This document shows, piece by piece, positions 13,467 through 28,499 of a stretch of 64,000 nucleotides of DNA. Made by a program: the position numbers and the translations under genes. How positions within the stretch are numbered: the first letter of the stretch is position 1; every line of letters starts with the position of its first letter. The notes beneath the pieces were generated by a model. That model worked only from the letters and a program-made list of their open reading frames with translations. It did not search any database and was not told the DNA's origin. The stretch is from Bilabrum cf. latius (taxonomy: Eukaryota): contig OZ237770.1 of NCBI GenBank assembly GCA_965178125.1, positions 248,001 through 312,000 of the forward strand, written 5' to 3'.

Positions 13467-13672
13467 TTTCTATCACTGATTGGAGTGCGAGCATGGATTG
13501 ATGAGCGTTGCTGGCGCCGCGCAGTTGCTTACGGAACCTTAAAATCAGGTCTCGAACAGACTTGCTCGATATAAGGACCTAATCCAGCCAGCTAGACACC
13601 TGTGCAACAAACAACCCAAGCAAACCTCCACTCAAACCACCCGTGCGCTCCCCCGCGCTCATCACACCATTC

Positions 13673-16600
13673 TCAAGACGCCACGGTGAGCGCCAGCCGC
13701 TGCACCAAGTCCCCGTGGTCGGCCCTGGTTCCCAGCGAGTAGTTCACTTCAAGGCCCATGCTCGCCTGCAGCGGCACCGACACTCCCACGCCGACCGATG
13801 CGGCCAGCCGAGGAAAGGCGGCCCGCGCCACGGAACGGATCCCGCGGTGCACCGCATCGAGAGCTCCCCTGCCACCACTGGCACTCGTCACACCACCACC
13901 ACTCAAGCCCCCAGCCGGTGGGGGGACCTCCCCGACCGACCCGATGGCACCAGCGCCTCCACTGTACCTCTGGGCTCCGAATCCTTGCCCCAGAGCGCCT
14001 CCACTGTACCTCTGGGCTCCGAATCCTTGCCCCAGAGCGCCTCCACTGTACCTCTGGGCTCCGAATCCTTGCCCCAGAGCGCCTCCACTGTACCTCTGGG
14101 CTCCGAATCCTTGCCCCAGAGCGCCTCCACTGTACCTCTGGGCTCCGAATCCTTGCCCCAGAGCGCCTCCACTGTACCTCTGGGCTCCGAATCCTTGCCC
14201 CAGAGCGCCGGCCGCGCCTGAGATGGCACCCCCCACGGAGTAGGGGGCATGGGGCCTAGTGGCGGTCACGCTGGCCCACGCGTGGGTTCGAATCCCGGTG
14301 CGGAGCAGACCCTGGATGGGCAAAGGGGCAGGGAGGGACAATCTGGCTCCGAGTCCAAGGTAGGCGTGCGACCCCAGTGCATCGCCGTGCAGTGCACCCC
14401 CGGGTACCTGCCTCCCGCGGGGCCCAACCCCTCCCGCGGCGAAGCCCCGTCCCGTCGGTCCCCCCCCGGGCGTGAAGCGTTCGTGCAATGGGACTGCCGG
14501 TTGCAACCAGTCCCCGTCCCCGTCATCTTCGTCATCATCACTGCTGGCCGTGGAGGACGGTCCTCGCACCATACGCATGAGGCTGCCCAGCATGCCGCTG
14601 GACTGCTGGTGCGGCGCGTGGTGTGACGTCACTGCCCCCGCCACTGAGTCATCCGAGTCATCATCATCCATTATACCAGTCGCAACCGATCCAGCCACCG
14701 AAACAGCACCAGGGGCATCGTCACCGCGCACACCGCCGGCGCCAGCACCAGGCCCACTCGTCACACCGTTCTCCGCCTCGTGCTGCCTCGCGCGGCCCCA
14801 CAGGGGCAGCGCCAAGCCCCCCTCCGCATCCACGGTTGCAACCGCCCCGTGCGCCAACCACTCCCCCACGGGTGCCAGGTGCCACCACGGCCTGTCGCTC
14901 TGTAGCGCAGCGCGCCTGGCACCCACAGGGTCGCCGACAACCACCCTGTTTCCCTGCCACTTGCCCGCCGCTTTGACCATCCCGAAGGTGCCCAGCCCCA
15001 GGGCAAAGGCGGGGTGCGCCAGCTCAAGGGTCCCCGCTGACATTGTTCCCTGGGTGGCCAGGCACCCGGCGTCCCTACCATCTGCCTGGAACCGCCACGC
15101 TAGCCCGGATTTCAGGCTGTGCCCGCAGGAGCGGCACACGTCCTGCCCCGCCAGCAGTCGTGTGGGCATCCCAAGCATCGTGTGCGGACCCACCCGCACT
15201 GACTCAATACCGTACGACACCTCGCCGTGGTCTGGTACGACGGCTGCCAGTCCCCTGACCCAGGGCGCCACGGAGTCCGCGGGCCTCAGCCCCCTCTGCC
15301 AAACGGAGGCGTTGATGCCCGGAACGAGGGGAGAGACAGCGAGGCTAAGGCCCGTGCTGAGCTGGTGCCACGCGCTGTTGGGCAGCTGCGAGGAGGAGGA
15401 GGCGCTCAGCTTCAGCTGGGCCTTGTAGAAGGCCGGGGATGAAAGAGGCGCGGAGTCCAGCGAAGACGCACCACCAGCAGCAGCAGCAGCAGCTGTCCCA
15501 GCGCCGGTCGCCGATCCACCAGTGGACCATTTGAAAGGGTTGAGCCAGTTCAGCACCGGAGACCCCGACGTGGTTGACGATCGAGATCCGCGCCCTCCTG
15601 TGCACTGCACTGCAAACGGCTTGCTGATGGTGAGATCGGCGTCGGGCCAGGGCGCGTCCTGCCCCAGCAGCTGGGACACCTTGGGAACAGGGAGCGAGTG
15701 GGCCGTGACCGTGGCCGGGGCTCCGCCCTCCTGGGCCCTGTCCCCACTCGTCACACCACCACCCTCCTGCTGCTCCTGCTTCTGCTGTTCCTACAGCAGC
15801 TCCACAGGCAGGTCGATGCCCTTGAGGTGCACTCCAGTTGCCCTGTCGTCAGCCGCAACCGCCCTCTCCCACTCGGACTGCAGCTGCTGCGCCTGGCTGC
15901 GGTGGGCCTGCAAACCGGGAGTGCGCCCGCTTGTTTGGCCACCCCCTTGCTGCTGCTTCTGTTCCCTGCCGCCCTCCGTCCACATGGCCACTCCAAGCCC
16001 CACCCCGTTCTGCGCTGCCTCCACTGCGTCCACAACCGGAGCCGCCATGACCTGCAGTGGAGCTCCCGCCCTCACCTCCAGCTGTGCCGTCTCCAGTCCT
16101 CCGAACAGGTTGGAGTACTGCACTGCGGCGCTTGCCTCGGTCCTCTGCAGGGACTGCCCCGCCAGCTCGCCGCCCATGGACACGGAGCCCGTGCGTCTCT
16201 CTCGCAGGAGCACCGTGGCGTCCAGCGGCGCCGCGCCTTTGCGGAACCTAAGCGCGTGGGTGGGCGGCAGGGGTGTCCCTGCGCTTTGGCCTCTCTCGCC
16301 GCTGCTCGCTCCTGGTCCGAGGCCGGTTGCAACCGGCACGGTGCGTGGCAGCAAGACGGGTGCCTCGGGGTCCGTCGGCAGGATCTGCGCGTCTGACACG
16401 CCGACTTTGACGTCGTGAAAACAGCCTGTCGCGGCGATGGCCTGTTGCGCTCGCTGCAGCTCGTGCTAAAGGACGCGCTGTGAGACGGAGCGAGGCTCAG
16501 CAGTCTTGCTCGCTCGCTTGCTCGTTAGTGCCACGGGCACGGGCTCGCACCGGGATGCAAGTACACCTTGTAAGTACGGCTCTAGCGCTTCTTTGGAAGT

Positions 16601-16705
16601 TGTGAGGTGGGCTGGACTGCGGCGCAAGCGTGGTACTGAGACGAAGAAGATTGTGCAAGCATGGATGGCTACTAATTTACAGTACTCCGCAACCACAGAA
16701 GTCAA
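13673..16705 (-). CDS. SAM50: SAM50/Omp85-family mitochondrial outer-membrane beta-barrel assembly protein
   Basis: YSNLFGGLE; ERFTPGGGPTGRGF...GPRG...GDALG; C-terminal ASVGVGVSV...LEVNYSL; ORFs 16466, 15791 and 13673 share a frame joined via TAG; ends TGA. 5' exon structure unresolved. Confidence 0.75.
13953..14204 (-). repeat. 42-bp coding tandem repeat x6 (GGALGQGFGAQRYS) in SAM50
   Basis: Six identical copies of gcgcctccactgtacctctgggctccgaatccttgccccaga. Confidence 0.95.
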
Positions 16706-17115
16706 TATTCCTCTCGTAGATTAAAATCAGTGCTGCCTTACCGTTCAACTGGTTCTTTCGCATCAGTTTCATCGAGGTCAAAACCTTGCACTCTCGCATG
16801 GATCACGTGAAACTGAGGCTCGTGCTAAGAAGCACGAAATGAAGTTGTACCCTAGTGCATGGACGCATACTGGGCAGCTACTGAATCTCTTCTTGACCGA
16901 TACGACGGAGTATCGATCAAATCGCTCATTGTCTACCGTTGCGTGAAGTTGTTGTTGCTTTAGCGTGGCTCCGATCAAACTGATATGCCTCACATGTTTT
17001 GAATCGGATCGACAGCAGCTGCAACTGCCATCCTAGCATCTATCGTGCATATATATCCCGAGTTCGCTCGATACCAGCGTTGTACAATTAGTTCTTCGCT
17101 TATTGCCGTTCCAAA

Positions 17116-19353
<2,238 letters not shown>

Positions 19354-19820
19354 CCCCGTTTGATGGTCGACTGCGGTATGAATGCGGTGTTGGTACAACT
19401 ATAGGGTTTTTTAATCTACTTATATGTACTGTATACCGCAAACATGGGGTTTTCGTTATCACAGTGATGTGCCGACGTCGGCGCATCCCCCTACGCATGA
19501 TCCCGTTGTCGTAGGGCCTCCACTGCAGCTCTTGGTGTGTGTTCTTGACTTTTCTCGTAAATTTCAAGATACTGCATTGTAGTTGCAGGAACCAATCGCA
19601 TTTGTAGGTTAGGGATAATTATCTCTGACGGGTGCTACACAACCGGAACCGTGACGATTGTTCTTATCAGGGCAGCACCCTCAACAGAATATTTCTCTAG
19701 CGCGATAAGACGACCTCTGAATTATTGACATTATTTTTTCTGTAGCTCTGGCACGCGCCAAGCAAATCGGGAACGGGAACAGAGCAAGACAGCTGATTGT
19801 ACTGCTCGAGACTGCCGGTG

Positions 19821-21137
19821 ATGTCTGCTGCGCACCGTTCAACACGGACTAAGAAAGTTTCAGCGGCTGATCAGGGATCCATTGAAGTTTAGAGCGCTAC
19901 ATGGGATCAAGCAATTGGTATGTCCGAGTCGATCATGGAATCGATCGATGAAGCGGAGAGGAAGGGCTTGGAACCCTCGGAAAGCGAGATCGCTGCCGTT
20001 GCGAGGCGCGTCAAGGAGGCTCGCAGGGCGCTCCGTGGCTTAGAAGAAGCCATAGCAGGCGTCTCCCGTGCTGCACCAACACTTGATAAGACTTCAAAGA
20101 CTCAACTGCAGCGCTAGGATGCTGTGCATCAGAATCGCCACGCGCTTCGCAAGCCAGCTGGAACGAAACGACCTCGGGGTGTCGCACGCAGTGTTGGTCG
20201 CTCAGGCCATCTGAAGGGCTCAGCAGATGAATCAGACGCACTATCTATAGGATTCATGGCAAGCGCACCGACGGTTGGTGTGCCTCGTGAAACGCCGCAT
20301 GGTCCTGTAGTCCATTACGCAACGCCATCGTTCCGGCAATCAGCTGGGGCCCAAGCTGTTGCAACTGGACAAACAGCTGGATCAGGCGTACCAATGGAAT
20401 GGAGCCCACCGAAATCTTCAGACAAGGCATTGTAGCGGCCGCAAGCTGCCAGCGGCGCAATGCTTGGCGGTGCTGTCGGCACCTCGCAACACGGTCCTCA
20501 CTACGGGATTACGACGTCAGGGGCATCCAGCCCCACAGGCATGGATGGAAGCCAAGCACACGGGTTGACTTTGCAGTCCATTCCGCCGCCGCCCCCGCCT
20601 CCAGGTATCGCTGCAACCGGTGGAGCAAGGGATACTGCTGCGCATCCCCCGCTGACGATGACTCGGAGAGGCAGGACGGCCTGGAGCAGACACGCGGCCC
20701 AGGCGCCGGCCAGTACCCCGGTCGGAGCTCCCGGAGCCTTGGGATGGGGCATGGGGCAGGGTCGCGGCATCTTCTCAAGCCAGCTGCGAGAAGAACACAT
20801 AGGGGGAAGGGGGGGCCATGGCCAGCAGCCTCAAAGTGGTGCAATGCAGTCGTCGCCCGTCGTCACACCCACGGCTGCACTCGTGTTGGACAGCGGCAGC
20901 ACGGCGGCAATAGGATTGGGAGGATCCGGAGGCCCATGGGCTGCTCCCGGTAGCAGTGACATCCCCCATGGTACCCATCCAGTGGGCGCGGGAGGTCCGC
21001 CTGGGGCTAGAGGTATGACCATTTCCGGTCAGTCTGTGCCCCCCCCTGGTCCATGGGGTGAAGGAGACAGGGAAACAATGGGGGGGTACACTCCATCTAG
21101 CAGCAGCGGGAATACGTTCGAGTCCTTCGAGAACTGA
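19821..21137 (+). CDS. Orphan family protein, copy 1 (conserved helical N-domain plus Gly/Pro/Ser-rich tail)
   Basis: ATG 19821; continuous with TAG at 19890, 20115 and 20433; ends TGA; shares motifs with copies 2-5. Confidence 0.75.
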
Positions 21138-21431
21138 ATTGATATACTGAATTGAATAAGTGAATGAGAGAGGCGGCCGCGAGCCACTGCCAGAGATCCA
21201 ATTAGTGGCGTGCCATGTAACACTCGTCATCCGCGATTTCTCCGAAGTCGGCGCCAGGCCACGGAGCAACGATTCTATTAGTGGCCGCTGCAAGCATTAT
21301 TGCGACAATTTCTCCTGCACCAGAAGGAACACGTTGTGCATCATAGAATATATGCAATATAGCAAGCGTCTGTTGGGACTATCCTGGTAAAAGAGTTGTA
21401 GCTGCAACTCGATTGCTTCACCACGACAGAC

Positions 21432-22709
21432 ATGCCGGCACGCAAGTCCCGGAAGGCCTCGAACGCAGAGCCCACGAGGCGCGGAGACATAGATGTCCAG
21501 GAAGCCAAATGGGACTAGGCCTTGCAACTTTCAGCGAGCATAATGGAATCGATCGATGAAGCGGAGAGGAAGGGCTTGGAACCCTCGGAAAGCGAGATCG
21601 CTGCCGTTGCGAGGCGCGTCAAGGAGGCTCGCAGGGCGCTCCGTGGCTTAGAAGAAGCATTGTCTGGTGTAATTATTACTCCAACTACACTTGCAGCGGC
21701 TGCAGCCCCTCAATCCTCAAGGTAGGCAGGTTAGCAACCGCAGGAGGGAGCGATGCGCAAGCCAACGCAGACCCGCCAAGCCGATGCTGCCAGTTACGGT
21801 CCCCCGCCTGGTGCGCAAGCGCCTGCAGACGACCGATATATAACATCTGCAGGCTTGCAAGCGAAGCCGCACTAGGTTGCGGCATCCCGTGCACCGATAC
21901 CACGGCCTCCTGCCGGCTACGTGGTGCCATCGCTCCGGCCCGATGGTTCGTCCCCTATGCCAGGTGGATCAGAGGTCCGATCGGGATAGCGCACCCCCCT
22001 GTACACTGCGGTACCAGGCCCCCGTGACTATTTGAGCAAGACTCTGCAATCTAGTGTCAGCTTGCTGGCGCAGCGACCGGCAGGTGGCGCGATGCGAGGC
22101 GCCGCAGCCACACCCCCTGTGCAGCTGCGACCCGGAGCCGCCACGGCAGGCGGGCCGGCCCTCGGTACGACGCTTCAATCAATTCCACTCGCGCCGCCGC
22201 CGCCAGAAGCTGCCGTCTTCGGGAGCGTGCAGATGGCGGGTGGCTCCAGAGGGGTAGGGCATCCCCGCATGCCTGCGGAAGGGAGCTCTCAAGAGGAACA
22301 CGGCGCCATGGGAGGGGGCATGGGGCAGGGCCGTGGTATGCATACCGGACACCAGCAAGATGCGGGAGGGGGGATGCTGCAGCAGCAGCAGAAACAGCAG
22401 CAGCTGAGCTGGGGGGTGCAGTCGTCACCGTTGATCACCCCCCCGGCTGCATCCACGGCGGGAAGCAGCCAGAGCCAAGGCAAGGGGGGAAGAGAGGAGG
22501 ACCCATGGACCGCGCACGGTAGTGCTGGCAGTGCCCAGGAGAACGATTCCCGGGATAGCTGGATGTTACCCGAAGCAGCCTCCAAGCGAGGTCGCTCGGG
22601 GGCTGGTACAACGATTGCCTCACAGTCTGGAGCCCACGCAGAGGTGCAAGGCAAGTCGATGCACGTTGCAACGACCAGCGGCTAGAGCAGAGATTATTTC
22701 GTGGATTGA
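21432..22709 (+). CDS. Orphan family protein, copy 2
   Basis: ATG 21432; several in-frame TAGs (including 21516, 21723, 22683); after the last TAG it reads SRDYFVD-TGA, matching the copy 3 C-terminus SRDSFVG-TGA. Confidence 0.75.
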
Positions 22710-22790
22710 TTCAATGAACGATTCCTTCATGTTGATTTAGTCGTGGGAGCTGGAGAATATTTCCAGCTTCGGCTGCGTGGTGTCGTAGAT

Positions 22791-23165
22791 CTACCCGGTG
22801 CCCGCCAGTGCGCCAGCACGCGCGCCCGGCGCTATGGGCAGGGGGATACGGCAGGACCGTGTCATTTTTCCTTGGTGTGCACGGGGGCAATATTTTGATA
22901 CCATGATCTAAGCACCCCTGGCTGCAATTGAGTCTGAAAGAAGTGTGTAGTCAGGGAGGGAAGGGTGGAACCTTTGAGGGGACTTCCTTGAGGCATACAG
23001 TCACGGGCAGGTGATTGGTTAATAACAAAATTAACAACAGGGCATGATAATTCAGATGATTTGGTTGAAGAGGATTGTATGACCCGATGATGTGGCGAAA
23101 TCCCGTTGCTGGCACTGGCAGTCCACCGGTGGCTCGGTATGCTAACGCCGGCACCTGGCAGGTAG
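22791..23165. mobile_element. Possible MITE-like insertion
   Basis: Ends CTACC...GGTAG flanked by GAT on both sides; imperfect subterminal inverted motifs (ggtgcc/ggcacc; gccagtgcgccagca/tgctggcactggc); AT-richer interior. Confidence 0.3.
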
Positions 23166-23469
23166 GATAATACAACGTTTGGCCGCCACTTGATGTGAAA
23201 TGAGAGCCTGATATTTGGATTGACCCGTGCTTCGCTCAATGTTGAGAGCCCCATCACTTTGCCATCATCTCTTGGCGGCGCTCATATGACGACTACACCA
23301 GGTGCAGAACTGCACTCTAAAACACTCTTCCTGCGGCCTCAGGAACACAGTATATTGCTCTAAACTCCAGCGTGTCTGCTTGTGTCACCAACCTCCGGTC
23401 GCTTGATATCAGCAAAGCAACATTGCTAGCCCTGCCGATACTATAGTCCAGCCTGAGGATCATCGAGGC

Positions 23470-24771
23470 ATGTCACCTCGGTACCGGCCCACGAAGAATT
23501 CTTCGGATTGTCTGGCTCCTGATCGAAAAATAATCGACGTACAAGAAGCACAGTGGGAGGATGCATTGGATATGTCGCAGGGAATCATGGAATCGATCGA
23601 TGAAGCGGAGAGGAAGGGCTTGGAACCCTCGGAAAGCGAGATCGCTGCCGTTGCGAGGCGCGTCAAGGAGGCTCGCAGGGCGCTCCGTGGCTTAGAAGAA
23701 GCTATATCAGGCGTTATTAGTCAACAATCAATAGTTGAAGGGCCTTTGGAATCTCGATCATCGAGGTATGCTGGTGTACTGCAGCAACGACGACATGAGA
23801 AGCGCAAGCCACCGCGAACAGATACACGACAAATTGGTGCATCCAGCATGGAACGCCCAGGAGACCCATCAGAAGAACTGAGTACATCATATTTACGATC
23901 GGGGATATCGGCTGGCCCATCTATGATTGGTGCAACGCGCGGGCCACCATTCCGGTCTCCAATGCACAATGCGATCCGGCCCGGCACTTCTATCATCGGC
24001 GGATCAGCTGCCCAATCAGAAGCGACTGGTCATGCCAGCACGGCTAAACCAGACACCTACAGCGCCTGGACATTTACCAGCCAATCTGAAGCCAGCACAT
24101 ATGGAACTAGAGGAGTCAGCGGCCATACGCCAGGCCAGAGAGGATCTGCCACTGCTACCACTAGCAGTCGAGTTTTGCAAGAACTTCATGTTGGCGCTTC
24201 GATACCCATGGAAAGCAGCTCAGGCCCTGCGCTAAGCTTAGACTCTATCCCACCACCTCCTCCTCCTCCGCCGAATGCAGAGGGCACTCTAGGTGGCGCG
24301 GGGGCGGGGGCCCGAGCCTGTGTCAGCGACCCATTGTGGCACCTGCCTTCCCGAGCGCCCGCCAGTGCACCTGCGTGTGCGCCCGGTGCGATGGGCTGGG
24401 GAATGGGACAGGGCCGTGGCTTGTTTCCTTGGTACGCGACAGGGAAGAGGAGGCGGGGCCCTGGCCCCGACCTGAGCGATCCAGTGCAGTCGTCGTCTAT
24501 GACTCCACCGGCAGCATTCGCTGCTGGCAGCGGCAGCACAGGCCCAGGTCAGTCGATAGGTGGTGATCCCTGGGGAGCTGTAGAAGGCAGTGCTGTCGAA
24601 GACGGCTCCATGCATCGTGCTGGCACTGAATCATCTGCCTCCGGATCAGGCGGCTGTACCGGGTCCAGCGCCGGCCGGTGGGGAATGGGCGAGGGCGAGG
24701 GCGAGGGCGAGGGCGGCGGGGGGCTTGCCACCTCAACCAGCGGCAGGAGCAGAGACTCCTTTGTGGGGTGA
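23470..24771 (+). CDS. Orphan family protein, copy 3 (433 aa, no TAG)
   Basis: Open ORF ending TGA; IDVQEAQWEDAL-ESIDEAERKG...ARRALRGLEEA, SIPPPPP, GWGMGQGRG, VQSS, DPW motifs. Confidence 0.8.
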   Translation: MSPRYRPTKNSSDCLAPDRKIIDVQEAQWEDALDMSQGIMESIDEAERKGLEPSESEIAAVARRVKEARRALRGLEEAISGVISQQSIVEGPLESRSSRYAGVLQQRRHEKRKPPRTDTRQIGASSMERPGDPSEELSTSYLRSGISAGPSMIGATRGPPFRSPMHNAIRPGTSIIGGSAAQSEATGHASTAKPDTYSAWTFTSQSEASTYGTRGVSGHTPGQRGSATATTSSRVLQELHVGASIPMESSSGPALSLDSIPPPPPPPPNAEGTLGGAGAGARACVSDPLWHLPSRAPASAPACAPGAMGWGMGQGRGLFPWYATGKRRRGPGPDLSDPVQSSSMTPPAAFAAGSGSTGPGQSIGGDPWGAVEGSAVEDGSMHRAGTESSASGSGGCTGSSAGRWGMGEGEGEGEGGGGLATSTSGRSRDSFVG

Positions 24772-25319
24772 ACGGCCGGGGGGCGGGGGGGATGGAGGGT
24801 AGTGGAGGTGCGCTAGATCTATCGATTCACGCGCGCATCTGAAGCTAAGGTGCACTGCACGATGCTCCTGACAACTGCCTGTCTGGATTGGCTGCCTTGC
24901 TAATGGACCTGTGAGCCGAAACAGGACCGAGCTGCGGGGCCGCAGTGGAGCGTGTGTGCAGTGCATGGTGGGGTGGTTTATCCCGTGCCAGCGAAGAGGA
25001 GCCGTTCAGGCCGAGGGCGACAGCCTGCTGCGAAGTGGGGTCACCATTGGCTAGTCGGCGCCCCGCATCAGGTTCCAGCACCCTCTTGGTGCAGCGTGTT
25101 ACTTGACATGCTGGAGTACGCACTCGGGTGGCTCCCTGCATGACACTACATGTACATAGCACAGTACAGTTTATGCACAGCGCAGCTGCTCCGAATATTT
25201 AGCATACTCACAGCGCAATGCTGCAACCCCTGCCCGTGCCACTGGTCGTCATCACACCGGGTATCACTGCCTGCCCGCGGGAACGGCAACTTTCCGTGAT
25301 ATCGAAGCACGCATTGTAA

Positions 25320-28300
25320 ATGGCAGCCCGGGCACGCGCCCCAAAAGTTGATTTCTATACGCTCCTTGGGGTTGAGGAGGATGCAGAGTCCATTGATATC
25401 AAGAAGGCGTGAGCAACTGAACACTTGCCGCCGAGTGTAGATTTCTCTTCAAGAAAGGCTACGCTATGAATAGTGTGCGCGATAGATACACCATCATAGA
25501 ATTTACTCGCACCTATTAACGTGTTGCAGATTCCGAAAAGCTGCCATCCGATGGCACCCAGACAAGAACATCGGGAGGGAAGAGGAGGCAACGCAGAAGT
25601 TCCAGGAAATATAGGAGGCATACCGGGTACTGATGGACCCCCACGAGCGAAGCTGGTACGATACACATAGGGATGCCATCCTCAGAGGAGAAGATGGCAC
25701 TGGCGGCGGGGACGGTGCAGGGGGCGAGTTTGGCGACCTGTTCGATTTGTACCCGTACTTCCGGTCGAGCTGCTACAGTGGATTTGGGAAAGAGGAGGAA
25801 TCGGGTGGGAAATCCACAGGACCCGCAACAGGCGCTGGCTCCGCTGGTGACTCCCAGGACGATTTCTACAGCGTATACGGCAGGGTGTTCGAATCGATCG
25901 CCGCGGAAGAAGCAAAGTACCGCCCGAGGGAAGCAAGACCAGTGAGGGGACAGCGACTGTACAAGCCATTTGGCGGTGCAGACGCGCGATGGCCGGAAGT
26001 AAACGCCTTCTACACCGCGTGGCAGTCGTACAACTCCCGCATGACGTTTGCTTGGAAGGACGAATACGACGCCAGAGACGCGGAGAACCGGCACGTCAGA
26101 CGGGCCATCGAGGCCCACAACCGCAAGCTTAGATCAAAGGCGAGGCAGGCGAGAAACGCCCAGGTGCGGGAACTGGTGCGGTTCGTTCGCAAGAGGGACC
26201 CGAGGGTCGCGAGGCGGGCTGTTGAGGAGGCGGAGCGGATCGAGAAGGACAGAAGGGAGAAGAAGAGGGCAGCTGCGAGGCGCAGGGAACAACAGGAGGC
26301 GGAGGCGGAAGTGGATGAGGAAAAGGCGGCTGCCTGGGCGGAGGAGGTGGCCAAATACCACGCCGAGCTGGACGCGATCCAGGGGTTTCGGCTGGATGAC
26401 GAGTACGCGAGTGAGGAGGAGAGGAGGAAGAAGAGGCAATCGAAGGGGGCGGCCAGGGGAAAAGGCAAAGGGGCCGAGCATGGCAAGCATGCTGGAGGTG
26501 ACGTTCGATCGGGCAAAAGCAAGAAAAAGAAGAAGAAACGCAGGCAGCGGGAGTCGCAGCTTGACGAAGAGGATAACGAGGACGGGCATGGGGACAACGG
26601 GCCTGCATCGACCACCGGCCATGACGACAAGTCACCAGGCACGAGCAAGGCCAAGGGCGAAAGCGCGGAGGAGGCTGCCTGGGGTGAGGAGGGCGGTGCC
26701 GATGTGACGAGTGAGACCAAGCCGCAGACCGTGGAGGAGGAGATCGAGGCGTTCATGCGTGACAGTGACGCTGCCGTGCGGGCGGCCCAGGCGGCTGACG
26801 GTGGTGTGACGAGTGAGGAAGAGGTGGCGAAAGGGCCGCTGGACCCTTCCCTGTTCGATGGCGAGGACGAGGACGATGACGATGACGAGGACGAGGACGA
26901 TGGTGCCAGCAGTGATGGCGATGGGGATGATGATGGCGACGGTGAAGGTGTAGGTGTAGGTAGCAGCGCAGGCGCAGCAGGCGCTGCTACTGCCAGCCGT
27001 GATGCCCGCGGTCCATCCATCCGTTAGGACGCCGTGAAGCGTGCGGTCAAGGACATTAAGAAGCTGGGCGGGGCGGGGGCACTCTTTGACGGGGATAGAG
27101 ACGCGTGCGAGATTTTCTGCGAGGACCTGGGACTGACGGAGGAGGAGGCATCAATGGTGGCGGACCGGCTGATGGGGGGTGGTGGCAGAGAGGATGCAGG
27201 CAAGCAGGGCAAGGAGGAACAATCGGAGAGTGAGACTAGCGGTTCAGGGGGCACGCGCGCGCGTGGCCGTGTGAGTGCAGTGCACGGTAAAACCCGCGGC
27301 ATCGCCAGTGGCAGTGGCAGTGGCAGTGACAGCGACAGTGACAGCAGCCTGGACATTGGCGCTGTCGCCGACGGCCCGAGCCTTCCATCTGCTCCTGTAG
27401 TTGACATGAGGGCTGTTCCTGCAGGAGCGTCTGCTGCAGGGACGGCGAGCTAGCCTGCTACACCCGTGGATGGGGATGAATCTGGTTCAGAATCTGACGG
27501 GCACCACCTCGCGTCTGCAGACCGAGACGGGAACAAGAAGGGGGGCAAGGGCAGCAGCAGTAACGGCGCGAGTACACAGGCAGCGATGGATCCAGCGGAG
27601 GCCAAGCGCAGGCGCAGGCAGGAGCGGAAGGCAAAGCGAAAGAAGAAGCAAAAGCAGATGCAGAGGCAAGCGCAAGCTAGAGGGGACGGGAGCCAACGTG
27701 TTGCCGTGAGCGGCCTTGCATCTACAGAGCCTTCCGCTGCCGCTGGTGCGCCCACAGGTGCAAGCAAGGGGCCCAGTGCAGCAGGTCCGGTGCTGCTGCA
27801 GTGCACGGTGTGCGGGTCTGCATTTTCGAGCCGGAACAAGCGTGAGACAGCTGTCGTGCTGTAGGGATTCGGCTTGCCCTGGCATCCGATTCCGACCTAT
27901 TCATGCGTTGGTGGTGCCTGGCCATCATGTTTGCCTTGTCACTCCCAGTATGTAGAGCTACTCCCCGTTTCCTTGTGCTCACCGCTTCCTTATTTTCTTC
28001 GCAGTGTTCCAGCACATCAAGCGGACGGGTCACAAGGCGTACAAAGACGACGTGATGCAGGTGCAGGCAGCGGTTGCGGCGGAGACAGCGGGTAGCGGAG
28101 AAGCAACGACTGCTGCTACTTCCGGGAGTGCGATCACACCTGATGAGCCGGCTACTGGTGCTTCTGGTAGCGAGGCCTTGCCAACTGCCGGCAAGACTGT
28201 CGGTGAGGTCGTGGCCCCGACACACAGGGAGGCGGAAAAAGAGTACGAGGCGCACGTGGCTGTGAGGGCTCGCGGACTGCTTAGCCAGGCGATCCGACGG

Positions 28301-28408
28301 CCCCCAGAGCCCACTCGGTCCAGGAAGAACATGAAGAAGAAGGCCAAGGGCAAGCAGCGAGCGAAAGGAAAGGGTAGGCGCGCGGGGGATGACGACTCTG
28401 ATTTCTGA
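25320..28408 (+). CDS. DNAJC21: DnaJ/Hsp40 co-chaperone of DNAJC21/Jjj1 type
   Basis: J domain DFYTLLGV...WHPDKN...KFQEI[TAG]EAYRVL...ERSWYD across intron 25409-25529; FYTAW...FAWKDEY...FVRKRDPRV; C2H2 finger CTVCGSAFSSRNKLFQHIKRTGH across intron 27842-28004; TAG also at 27025 and 27451; ends TGA. Confidence 0.9.
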
Positions 28409-28499
28409 TACTTCTGAAGCCAGATGTGATCAAGTTGTTCAAATTATCGTAACGTCTATTGCAAGAGTCAAAAACTCGATCAGATGGCGCCCTACCCCG

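Noticed and set aside
13953-14204. CRISPR-like array
   Set aside because: Head-to-tail units with no spacers, in frame within a eukaryotic gene.
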